Shown here: positions 19,501-28,140 of the stretch, piece by piece
Layout: the number at the start of each line of letters is the position of its first letter
How positions within the stretch are numbered: the stretch's first letter is position 1
Notes under the pieces: generated by a model
Seen by the model: only the letters and a program-made list of their open reading frames with translations
Databases searched by the model: none
What the model was told of the DNA's origin: nothing
From: Candidatus Heimdallarchaeota archaeon
GTDB lineage: Archaea; Asgardarchaeota; Heimdallarchaeia; Heimdallarchaeales; Heimdallarchaeaceae
Direction of reading: 5' to 3'
Length of the DNA: 64,000 nt
Assembly (NCBI GenBank): GCA_019057815.1
Contig: JAHLWR010000001.1
Span: 192,001 to 256,000 of the forward strand
Translations under genes and position numbers: made by a program

Positions 19501-19911
19501 TTAGTAATCATAAACTGTCAATGATTCTATTGGAAAAAATATATTACCTAAATCTCCAAAATTCCCCATATGTTTTCCATCAATCCTTGCATCGTGAGCT
19601 TGAGCACAATCTTCTATAATTTTAAGGTTATAATCTTCAGCTATATCTTGTATTGCTTTCATATCACAAGGGTTACCAAAAATATGTACTGGCATTATAG
19701 CTTTTGTTTTGTTAGTAATTTTCTCTTCAAGTTTTTCAGGATCAATATTGTACGTTTCTGGATTAATGTCTGCAAAAATTGGTATTGCACCATTGAAGAA
19801 AATAACATTTGAGGACGCAATAAACGTAAAAGGAGTTGTTATTACCTCATCCTTAGGACCTATATCTAAAGCTGTAATAGCCATATGTAATGAACATGTT
19901 CCGTTTACAGC
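19501..19911 (-). pseudogene. DegT/DnrJ/EryC1/StrS aminotransferase, internal fragment
   Basis: TAVNGTCSLHMAITAL, DEVITTPFTFIAS, KAIMPVH, IIEDCAQAH; lacks the N-terminus and stops before the PLP lysine. Confidence 0.85.
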
Positions 19912-20100
19912 TGTTACAAGGATTTATCTAATTGGCATATGTCACGAGTTATCAATTATCCTGATTATAGTAAGGTTTCTTGTCCCAATTCTGAATACAC
20001 TGCCCGTAACCATTTTGAAATTCCAATGGTTTCTACTTTAACCGATGAAAAAATTCAATACATTGTTCAAACGCTTAAAGGATTTTTTAAAAATGCCTAG
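19912..20100 (+). pseudogene. DegT-family aminotransferase C-terminal fragment on the opposite strand
   Basis: Manual translation gives CYKDLSNWHMSRVINYPDYSKVSCPNSEYTARNHFEIPMVSTLTDEKIQYIVQTLKGFFKNA*, matching the DegT C-terminal CPxxE...lP...Lt.e.i..iv pattern. Confidence 0.7.
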
Positions 20101-20182
20101 AATAATTTCAAATATTTTTCTTTTTATTTTCTATCGCTTCTTTTCCGAAAACCTTTTTTGGTTATAGTTTAAGGAATGTATA

Positions 20183-21112
20183 ATGAATAGTTCAGACTCT
20201 GAGGAATTTACTTTGTATTTATCTTTGTTTGAAGTGAATGAAGCTGACCATGTTGAGTTTTCAGTTTCTTATGCAGGAGAAAGTAACGAAACTGATAGAT
20301 TGCTTCTCATAGGAACTAATAATAATCTAAAATCAGACATATCCCAAGCTAAGCTTTTTGAGGTTAAAGAGCAATCTGGCCAGTATTTGTACACTATAAC
20401 ATTTCCAATATGGGAAGAAGGTACTTTCCAAGCAGTTATCCAAAGAGAGGGAAAATACATTTATGAACCCGGTGAAGCTCATACTCTATCTTTTAGAGCA
20501 AAATCAATCTTTCTAGATTTAAGAAAAATCTACCACCTCTCTAAAAAACCAGTTCGAGCAATAATTGAAGAAATTGAACCTGAAATCGTAGAGGAATTAC
20601 TTGAAGCTCAAGCTGAGAGTGTTGAAGAAATAAAAGAAGAGATTGTTGAAGAAGAAAAGTTGCCTGTTGCATATGATGAAAAAAACATGTTAAGTCTTAA
20701 ACCAAAAGAATTTCATGACTTTACTCCCGAATTGAAGACAAGGATTCTGCAACTTCTAGACTACCTTACAAACCAGAAAAGTAAACAATTGATTCTGGAT
20801 CCAGTAATACTTCCAGATATTGCGAGATCATTAAAACAGTGCATCGCTGAAGAATTACGATTTTCTATATATGAAGCTTGTTTCCCTCTGGTTATACTTA
20901 TTGAGAAAGCACTAATGTTATTCGTGTTAATTCAAAAAGAAACACCTAGTGAAGAGAATATTAAGAAATACAAAACCGAAGTAGCAGAAAAAGCTGAAGA
21001 ATTCAAAGATAAGATAAAAAATATGGAATTCAAAAAGTCAATTGAATTAATTAAGAGAGAATACGATGATGATGTTCATACTCTTAAAATGCTGCTCATA
21101 AAAGAGTTCTAG
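20183..21112 (+). CDS. Hypothetical protein (beta-rich N-domain, Glu-rich linker, helical C-domain)
   Basis: 309-aa ORF with normal composition; no family recognised. Confidence 0.7.
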   Translation: MNSSDSEEFTLYLSLFEVNEADHVEFSVSYAGESNETDRLLLIGTNNNLKSDISQAKLFEVKEQSGQYLYTITFPIWEEGTFQAVIQREGKYIYEPGEAHTLSFRAKSIFLDLRKIYHLSKKPVRAIIEEIEPEIVEELLEAQAESVEEIKEEIVEEEKLPVAYDEKNMLSLKPKEFHDFTPELKTRILQLLDYLTNQKSKQLILDPVILPDIARSLKQCIAEELRFSIYEACFPLVILIEKALMLFVLIQKETPSEENIKKYKTEVAEKAEEFKDKIKNMEFKKSIELIKREYDDDVHTLKMLLIKEF

Positions 21113-21135
21113 AAAAGTTGACCAATAATTGTAAT

Positions 21136-22254
21136 TTAAACAGTTGTCAAGACTATTTTCTTTAGCTTATATTGATGAAATCCTACTATCACCTTTACAA
21201 AACCATTTTTGATGTCAGATATAGTCACTTGTTCATTTAAATCCAATTGCAAAGCATCAATGGTTTCTAGTTTTGTTTCTGTAGAAATAATGATGATTTG
21301 CAAGGACTTGATGTTTTTTAGAATGTGCGCACTTATTTGTTGATTACCTCTACCAAAAATAAAACCTGTTCCCCCTATTGGAGTCAATACGATTTTAACA
21401 TCTTGTCCTTCTATAATCTCAAAAAGTAGGTTCTCATCTACATCTTTGTGAGTCAACTTACCATCAGTTAATACATCGACTCCCAGTAGAGTTTTTTCTA
21501 TTTCCAACTCTTTCATTACATGGAAAATAGTACTTCCAGTGCCTAAAAGAACTATTCCTTCATTAATTTTATGCACTTCTTCTAGTTCTAAACTTATTGA
21601 AAAGAAGCTATCCATTGAATCACTCGATGAAGAAACTTTTCCTCCTTGTATTAAGCCAGGTTTCTGAGGAACTATGGATTGACCAAAAAGGGTTGCATGA
21701 ACTTTGTTTTCTCTAAACAGTTTCTCATCAACGTCCATTATATCTTCTGGAGCAAAGTCTACATCTTCTTTAACCATTGCTTCAATTATATCACCAAAGT
21801 CGGAGGGGCGATACAAGAAGCAACCACTGAACATTTTAACTCCTGAAGGGATTCCAAGGATGGGTATTTTGTCGCTAATAATTGATGCAACGTCTCTTGC
21901 GGTACCATCACCACCTACAAAAACGATTAAGTCGACTTTTTCTTGAATGAAAGCAGTACAAGCGTTTTTAGTATCTTGAGCGGTAGTAATAGACTTTGAT
22001 GGAGTATATTCAAGATGTTTTTCAAAAGGTAGAGAGGATAAAAGTTCTTCTCCCATTGGATCAGCACAGATGTAAAAAGCGAGAGGAAGAGAGGAAGATA
22101 AAGAAGATAAAGCTGTTTTCACTCTTTCAAAAGCATGGCTTTCACCTTTCTCAAAAAAATCCCATGCAGAATCAAAAGAATCTGTACCTTTCCATGCTCT
22201 TTTTCCACCTAATCCAGCAATTGGGTTCACAATAAAACCAATTTTAAGTGACAC
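21136..22254 (-). CDS. ATP-NAD kinase-like family protein (COG3199 type)
   Basis: GFIVNPIAGLGG, VGGDGTARD, GIPSGVKMFSG, GFIFGRGNQQ motifs. Confidence 0.9.
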   Translation of the reverse strand: MSLKIGFIVNPIAGLGGKRAWKGTDSFDSAWDFFEKGESHAFERVKTALSSLSSSLPLAFYICADPMGEELLSSLPFEKHLEYTPSKSITTAQDTKNACTAFIQEKVDLIVFVGGDGTARDVASIISDKIPILGIPSGVKMFSGCFLYRPSDFGDIIEAMVKEDVDFAPEDIMDVDEKLFRENKVHATLFGQSIVPQKPGLIQGGKVSSSSDSMDSFFSISLELEEVHKINEGIVLLGTGSTIFHVMKELEIEKTLLGVDVLTDGKLTHKDVDENLLFEIIEGQDVKIVLTPIGGTGFIFGRGNQQISAHILKNIKSLQIIIISTETKLETIDALQLDLNEQVTISDIKNGFVKVIVGFHQYKLKKIVLTTV

Positions 22255-22309
22255 GTTTAATAGACAAAAATTTGTGTTAAATTAAACTTTGGTTTAGACC
22301 ACGAAAAGA

Positions 22310-22681
22310 TTAATTTTTTTTGGAAAGAGGAAAATATAAATCTAATATTCTAGAAAAAGAAAGTTTTTTCCCTGCACGTTTTTCTACTACCTTTTTGTGG
22401 AGTAAATATGTTACAATGAACATTACAACGATTATCACATATCCTAATAGGCTTAGATACGGAGACAAAGCTAATTTTTCTGCTTGAGCATCAATGAAGA
22501 AAACAGGATAAGCGAACATGCTAATGAGCCATATTAAACCCCAGATGCTAAAATTTATCATTATATTTCTAAAACTCCAGTCTCCATGAATAGTTGTAAA
22601 CAATAGAGTTTCTAAAAGAGCTGTTATCATATAGGCTGTTCCATAAAAGAGAAGAATCTCTCGTTTTCTGAAGTTGGTCAC
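22310..22681 (-). CDS. Small membrane protein, hypothetical
   Basis: About three hydrophobic helices. Confidence 0.55.
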   Translation of the reverse strand: MTNFRKREILLFYGTAYMITALLETLLFTTIHGDWSFRNIMINFSIWGLIWLISMFAYPVFFIDAQAEKLALSPYLSLLGYVIIVVMFIVTYLLHKKVVEKRAGKKLSFSRILDLYFPLSKKN

Positions 22682-23012
22682 AAACTAGGGAAAGCTATAA
22701 GTGTTTTAAGTTTAACGTATAAGCAGAATTTTCTAATTTGGAGATTATTTTTTCATTCAAGAAACTAAACAAGAATAAAGGAAAAGGTATAAATATCTAA
22801 ATAACCATATATTAAGTACAAAACAAAAGTAGTTAGGCTTAAAAATAGTAGGAAAGGGGTTTTCTACTGTTTCTATGTTTAAAATACTGTGAAATAGCGT
22901 AAGCGAGTGCTATTGAATAAAGCAAAAATTTATAAAGACACAAGTAACGAACAGAACCGCAACCAGGAATCATCAGTAGATAACGCTTACAAAGAATAAT
23001 CTATTAACCTGA

Positions 23013-23300
23013 ATGACAAAGGTGAACAATATGAAAAGAAGAAAATTGCCAAGAGGCGGAGAAGATATAATCAAGGTCTTAGATAAGATAGGTGCTATGA
23101 CGCAAAAAGATATCCTGACCTCCGTCAAACAACCAGAAAGAACAATAAGATACGGAATAAGAAGGCTACTAGAGAAAGGTATCCTCAAAAAAATGTCTAA
23201 TCTTAGTGATATGCGTAGCGTTTATTATTATCTTGCTCCTGAATTACGAAATACTTTCGAATTCCTCAACAATAAAGAAAAAGCAACACAATCTGCATAA
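23013..23300 (+). CDS. Winged-helix transcriptional regulator
   Basis: MTQKDIL...PERTIRYGIRRLLEKGIL...DMRSVYY wHTH pattern; true start probably ATG 23031 after GGTGA. Confidence 0.85.
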   Translation: MTKVNNMKRRKLPRGGEDIIKVLDKIGAMTQKDILTSVKQPERTIRYGIRRLLEKGILKKMSNLSDMRSVYYYLAPELRNTFEFLNNKEKATQSA

Positions 23301-23544
23301 TTAAGTTTTAATTAGAGTTTTTTATTGGGACGGAGAAGGAAGTTTTTTTCCCCTTATTTTTCTTTTCTTTTTCTTTTTCTTTTTTTAGATTATCATTGTG
23401 AGGAAGAGGAATAATAAGTGCTAAGAGAATAAATGTAAATAGTTTACTATGAAGAATGTTAACCAAAATAAAGTCAAAATTGCACATTCTTACCTGAACA
23501 AAATGCAAAGATATATTAAGTTTTAAAATATTATTAAATTCATA

Positions 23545-23865
23545 ATGACACACATAAAACCCATGTCAAACATATTAAATTTACACAATGTTATCACCTG
23601 GATGAAAACAATATTCTTAGCTTTTGAATCAGGAAAAATTGATAAAAAAAGCGTTGCAAGTAAAACTAAAATAACTTTAGCTCTACTTCACAAATTTATT
23701 CCTGAAAAAAATGAGAGAGAGAATTATGACCTAATCCTTGATTTGTGTGTCTCACTTTCAACAATAAATCGATCTCAAGGGAATTTCGAGAAATTCTATT
23801 TACAAAGTCTGAAAGTAAATTTAGAGGAAATAGAAAAATCTTTGCTAGTTGAGAAAAATGAGTAG
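23545..23865 (+). CDS. Small helical hypothetical protein overlapping the GTPase start
   Basis: 106-aa ORF whose stop overlaps the ATG of the Rab-like gene. Confidence 0.65.
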   Translation: MTHIKPMSNILNLHNVITWMKTIFLAFESGKIDKKSVASKTKITLALLHKFIPEKNERENYDLILDLCVSLSTINRSQGNFEKFYLQSLKVNLEEIEKSLLVEKNE

Positions 23866-24382
23866 AATCCAACCTGATTATAATTTCAAAATTTTGCTAT
23901 TGGGTGATGCTGCAGTAGGTAAGACATCTTTAGTTCAAAAGTTTGTCCATGATAAATTCGCTGAGTCTTATTTGATGACCATTGGTATGGAGCCTAGTGA
24001 GCGATTCGTCACCTTAAAGAATGGGACAATAGTTGCTCTCTCAATTTGGGATCTTGCGGGTCAAGAGCGCTTTAGATTTATTAGACACACGTTTTATCGA
24101 GGGGCAAAAGCAGCTCTATTAGTATTCGATTTAACACGTGATTCTACTCTAAAAAATGCTAAAAAATGGTATCAAGAATTTATTGATAATTGTGGAAAAG
24201 AAACACATACTCTTTTGATTGGTAATAAAAACGATTTACAAAATAAGATTGCTGTTTCAGATGATGAATGTCAAAAAATGAATAGTTATATTAAAAGTTA
24301 TGATTTTATAAGAACTAGCGCTTTAACAGGGGAACATGTAGAAGATGCTTTTACGAAACTAGCAGGATTACTTGTTAAGTAA
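23858..24382 (+). CDS. Rab-like small GTPase (Ras superfamily)
   Basis: G1 GDAAVGKTS, switch I TIG, G3 WDLAGQERF, G4 NKND, G5 SAL; no C-terminal Cys prenylation motif. Confidence 0.95.
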   Translation: MSRIQPDYNFKILLLGDAAVGKTSLVQKFVHDKFAESYLMTIGMEPSERFVTLKNGTIVALSIWDLAGQERFRFIRHTFYRGAKAALLVFDLTRDSTLKNAKKWYQEFIDNCGKETHTLLIGNKNDLQNKIAVSDDECQKMNSYIKSYDFIRTSALTGEHVEDAFTKLAGLLVK

Positions 24383-24404
24383 AAATAAAAAGCTTTATTT
24401 GTCT

Positions 24405-25160
24405 TTATTTGTCTTTTTTATTTTTCTCTTCCTCACCTAAATCACTGTCATCAAAAAGTAGCACACTATCTAATACATCATCTAGTGCTGGTCGCTCTGG
24501 AGGTGCTAAGAGTTCTTTGTCAACTGTTTCATTTATTGCTAAATCTAAGGAAGCGAGATTAGCTCTTTTATCAGAATATTTTCCTCTAGTTCTTACGCCT
24601 GTTGTTTCTAATCTACCTACTATAGATTTTAGTGAGGTTATTTCATTTTTCAAGTCATTAATCGATACTAATCCATCTAATTTTTCTAGAACTTGGTCGA
24701 ATTTGGCATCTCTTACTCCCTCTTCTTCTGATAAAGATTCTTTTTTCTCTTTATCTTCTTCTACAACTGGAATAATTTTTGCTACTGTACTTTTCTCTTT
24801 TGTTTCTTCAATAAAACTCTTCAATTTATCTAATAACGCATCAAATTTAGCTAAATCCTTTTGTGTTCTTTGTTCAAACTTTTTACCATTTTCAGTAATT
24901 TTGGAAATCTTACCACTAGTTATCGGTGTACTAATTTGATGAGTTTTTCTCCTAAAAATCGGGGTACTGAAAGAAGGTTTAACGCTTATTTCCTCTAACG
25001 TGCCCCACTGTTCTCTGTGATGTGATTTTATAGCCTCCAAAATAGCTTCTTCAGGGTTACCATATTCAACAATGAGATCCTCTAGCATGTCCCAATATTC
25101 AAGCGGAATCGGCACTTCAATAATTCGAGCGAATTTTTGCTTTCTGGGTTCTTCATACAT
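24405..25160 (-). CDS. Hypothetical coiled-coil protein, possible N-terminal ribbon-helix-helix
   Basis: RIIEVPIPLEYWDMLEDLIVEYGNPEEAILEAI resembles an RHH; heptad-like central region; acidic tail. Confidence 0.65.
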   Translation of the reverse strand: MYEEPRKQKFARIIEVPIPLEYWDMLEDLIVEYGNPEEAILEAIKSHHREQWGTLEEISVKPSFSTPIFRRKTHQISTPITSGKISKITENGKKFEQRTQKDLAKFDALLDKLKSFIEETKEKSTVAKIIPVVEEDKEKKESLSEEEGVRDAKFDQVLEKLDGLVSINDLKNEITSLKSIVGRLETTGVRTRGKYSDKRANLASLDLAINETVDKELLAPPERPALDDVLDSVLLFDDSDLGEEEKNKKDK

Positions 25161-25409
25161 AAGTCATTCCTCACATTTGGCTATTTTTAACTATGATAAT
25201 CTTTTTGTACAAAACGTTATTAGGTTTTTGTTCTAGATAAAGAAAGAGGAATGAAGAGTCCTCAACAGCTTCATGAATAATCTATTCAACTAATTCAACC
25301 AGTTTTTCCTATTAAAACCTAATAAGAACAGACACATTAAAGTTTTACTAAGTTGTTGAAAGAAGCATAAAATTAAAAACTACTTGAAATACACAGAATT
25401 GATATAAAA

Positions 25410-26114
25410 ATGACTGATACTGAAAAAACTATTTTTGCGTGCTTTGCACATCCAGATGACGAACTTGGATGTATTGGAACATTAACAAAACATGCAGAAA
25501 AAGGTGATAGAGTCGTTCTTGGTTTTACAACTTCTGGTGAGATGGCTTCATTTTTTGAAACTATGAGCTTTTCTGAAATTAAAAAAACTAGAGAGGAACA
25601 AGGGAAAGTAGTAGGAGAAATAGTAGATTGTGAAATCAAATATCTAGGTTATGGTGATACTTCAGTTATTCCATCCCGAGAAAATGCTCTTAAAATGGCT
25701 AAAGTTATTGCGGATATAAAACCAGATGCTATCATTGCATGGGGACAAAACAATAGACATCCTGATCATCGTGGAACAACTCAACTTCTCTATGATGGGA
25801 TGACATTCGCACGAATTCCTCGTTTAACATCTCCTGTTTTACCCCACCGACCAACTTTCCATTTACCTATGTTCATGTATTACGAACCTAATTCTCCATT
25901 AAGAACTTGTTACATCAATGTATCAAATCAATATGAAAAAATAGAAAAAGCATTCAATCTCTATTCTGATTTTTATGGTTGGACAACATCTGATTGGCTT
26001 TATGTAAGAAGAAGAAATGATGGGATGTCTTGTGGAGTCAAATATGCTGAGAAATTCAATGTTCTAAGCCGTTTTTTCCCAGTTGATCAGTATTTACCTT
26101 TAAACAACAAATAG
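25410..26114 (+). CDS. PIG-L/LmbE family deacetylase
   Basis: AHPDDE, TSGE and HPDH motifs. Confidence 0.93.
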   Translation: MTDTEKTIFACFAHPDDELGCIGTLTKHAEKGDRVVLGFTTSGEMASFFETMSFSEIKKTREEQGKVVGEIVDCEIKYLGYGDTSVIPSRENALKMAKVIADIKPDAIIAWGQNNRHPDHRGTTQLLYDGMTFARIPRLTSPVLPHRPTFHLPMFMYYEPNSPLRTCYINVSNQYEKIEKAFNLYSDFYGWTTSDWLYVRRRNDGMSCGVKYAEKFNVLSRFFPVDQYLPLNNK

Positions 26115-26209
26115 CTGTTCTTTCTCATTATTAGTCTTTCATTCATCTCTAATTATTTTGATTTTTACATGTAATTGAAAAATATCCTTAAAAAGTGTAG
26201 AAAAAGAGA

Positions 26210-26626
26210 ATGGATGTAGGAAGTAACACAATGACAATGGATGATGAATTAAAAAGAATCAAAGAAAGAAAGGCAGAAGAGCTTAAGAGATTATCTCAGC
26301 TAAGACAAGAAAGAATGGAAAATCTGAAAAAAGCTGAAGAAGCTCCAAAAAGCGTAACAGAAGAGGATAAAATGAATGTTATGAACTACTTCCTAACCGC
26401 CGAAGCTTATGAATACTGGAAGGTTTTATACGATACTCAAAATAAAAAAGAAACAGCAGAAACAATTTTTATCAATGTTCTTTATCTTGTAAAGATTGGT
26501 TATATGGAAGGAAGGCAAATATCAAGGTTAGGTATCAAAAAATTGGAAAGAAAAATAGATAATATTCCTTCTACTTTAACAATCAAAAGAAAAGGAGAAA
26601 AAAAAAGAATTCAAAAGGAACTCTAA
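26210..26626 (+). CDS. Divergent PDCD5-like (archaeal dsDNA-binding family) protein
   Basis: DDELKRIKERKAEEL N-terminus, LTAEA, and C-terminal TIKRK, as in PDCD5/MTH1615. Confidence 0.7.
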   Translation: MDVGSNTMTMDDELKRIKERKAEELKRLSQLRQERMENLKKAEEAPKSVTEEDKMNVMNYFLTAEAYEYWKVLYDTQNKKETAETIFINVLYLVKIGYMEGRQISRLGIKKLERKIDNIPSTLTIKRKGEKKRIQKEL

Positions 26627-26720
26627 TTTCAACACTTTTGCATAATGAATGCTAGTTTATTTACCAACATTTAAATGCGATGATTGATATATTCAAGATG
26701 AACTAGAAGGTGAAGTTAGA

Positions 26721-26957
26721 ATGAAAATATCCGTAGTTACAGCCATTGGTGGAGGATCAATTGAAGTTGATATGGACTCACATGCTACTGTTGCTCAATT
26801 AAAACGCGAAGTAGCTCGAACGAAAAAAATTCCTGCTAATACAGTTCTTTTAGTGTTTCATGGGAAACAACTTGATGATGCAGAAACTCTCAAAGCTTGT
26901 GGTCTCATGGATGGAGACAAATGTTATATGATTGCTCGAACAAAAGGAGGATATTGA
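26721..26957 (+). CDS. Ubiquitin (eukaryote-like) with a one-residue C-terminal extension
   Basis: TVAQLK, LVFHGKQLDD (cf. LIFAGKQLED), ends RTKGG-Y; SD GGTGA. Confidence 0.93.
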   Translation: MKISVVTAIGGGSIEVDMDSHATVAQLKREVARTKKIPANTVLLVFHGKQLDDAETLKACGLMDGDKCYMIARTKGGY

Positions 26958-27121
26958 GTAGGGTTTAACTATTTTTGTTTTATATAGTTGTAGTCATATT
27001 TCCAATTATCTAAATTATTAATTTTCCAGAATAATAGTATTCTTTCAGGCTGTGCAAAAATCCTTCAATAACTGTCTTGATAACAGAAACTATTTTAACT
27101 TTCTTTCGTGTCTTTAAATCG

Positions 27122-28123
27122 ATGGAAGAGGACAGCCGCTACTCACGACAATCTTTGATACCTGGATGGGATCAATCAAAATTAGATAGTTGTTCTGTTG
27201 TTTTAGTTGGTATAGGTGCAATTGGTTCCTATGTAGGTACAATTTTAGCTTCTTCAGGTGTAAAAAATATCACAATTATAGATTTTGATTCAATAGAACT
27301 TTCAAACCTTAACCGTCAACTGCTCTTTCGGGATGAAGATATCGGAAAATCTAAATCGGAGGTTGCAGCTGAAAGACTGAAGGAATTGAATCCTGAAATA
27401 ACCATTAAACATTTTAACAAAAAAATGGAGAAAGTTCCCAGTTCAATTTATGAGAAAGCTAATGTGATAATTGCTTGTCTAGACACATTTCTAGGACGCC
27501 GCTGGATTAATTCTATGGCACTAAGAGTCAAAAAACCTCTAGTATTAGGAGGAATGTTTGCTTTCTTGGGAGATGCTCAGGTTATTTTTCCTTTCAAAAC
27601 AGCTTGTTTTGAGTGTCAACCACTAGTATCCCAAGAGGAACTAGCTCAAGCTTGTACTCCCTTTGGTGAAGAAAGGAAAGCAGAGAGAGAAGAGGAAGAA
27701 GAAGCTATACTTCCTGCTGTTGCAACATTATCATCTATAATTGGCGGGTTTATGTCTCAAGAAGCTATGAAAATAATTCTTGGGATTGGTCAACCTTTAC
27801 AAAATTATGTATTTTATGATGGGCTTAGTAATGTGTTTACCCAACTAGAACTAGCACAAAATCCAGAATGTCCAGCTTGTGGGGAACTTTATCGACTTGA
27901 ACAAGTAAAATTTATTGCAACACATGGAGAGAAAATAAGAGATCTTATTGTTCGATTAGCAATGACTTATGGGTTAGCTAAACCAGATCTATTATTTAAA
28001 GGGAAAATACTTGAATATGAAAAAACTATTGAAGAGACAGAACTGGAAAACAACGCTCGTGTCTTTATCATAGACAAAAGTCTAGCTAAACCAATTAAAA
28101 TATTACTTAAGCTTAAAGAGTAA
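27122..28123 (+). CDS. Ubiquitin-activating enzyme E1-like (ThiF/MoeB fold plus C-terminal ubiquitin-fold domain)
   Basis: RYSRQ, GIGAIG, DFDSIELSNLNRQLLF, CFEC/CPAC Zn sites, putative catalytic Cys in QACT, Ub-like tail LLFKGKILE. Confidence 0.93.
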   Translation: MEEDSRYSRQSLIPGWDQSKLDSCSVVLVGIGAIGSYVGTILASSGVKNITIIDFDSIELSNLNRQLLFRDEDIGKSKSEVAAERLKELNPEITIKHFNKKMEKVPSSIYEKANVIIACLDTFLGRRWINSMALRVKKPLVLGGMFAFLGDAQVIFPFKTACFECQPLVSQEELAQACTPFGEERKAEREEEEEAILPAVATLSSIIGGFMSQEAMKIILGIGQPLQNYVFYDGLSNVFTQLELAQNPECPACGELYRLEQVKFIATHGEKIRDLIVRLAMTYGLAKPDLLFKGKILEYEKTIEETELENNARVFIIDKSLAKPIKILLKLKE

Positions 28124-28140
28124 GTGTCTTCTCTTTCTGA

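Noticed and set aside
23308-23553. 81-aa minus-strand ORF with a poly-Lys/Glu end
   Set aside because: Arises from the T-rich terminator tract after the wHTH gene
24409-24939. 176-aa Ser-rich plus-strand ORF
   Set aside because: Antisense shadow of the E/K-rich gene at 24405-25160
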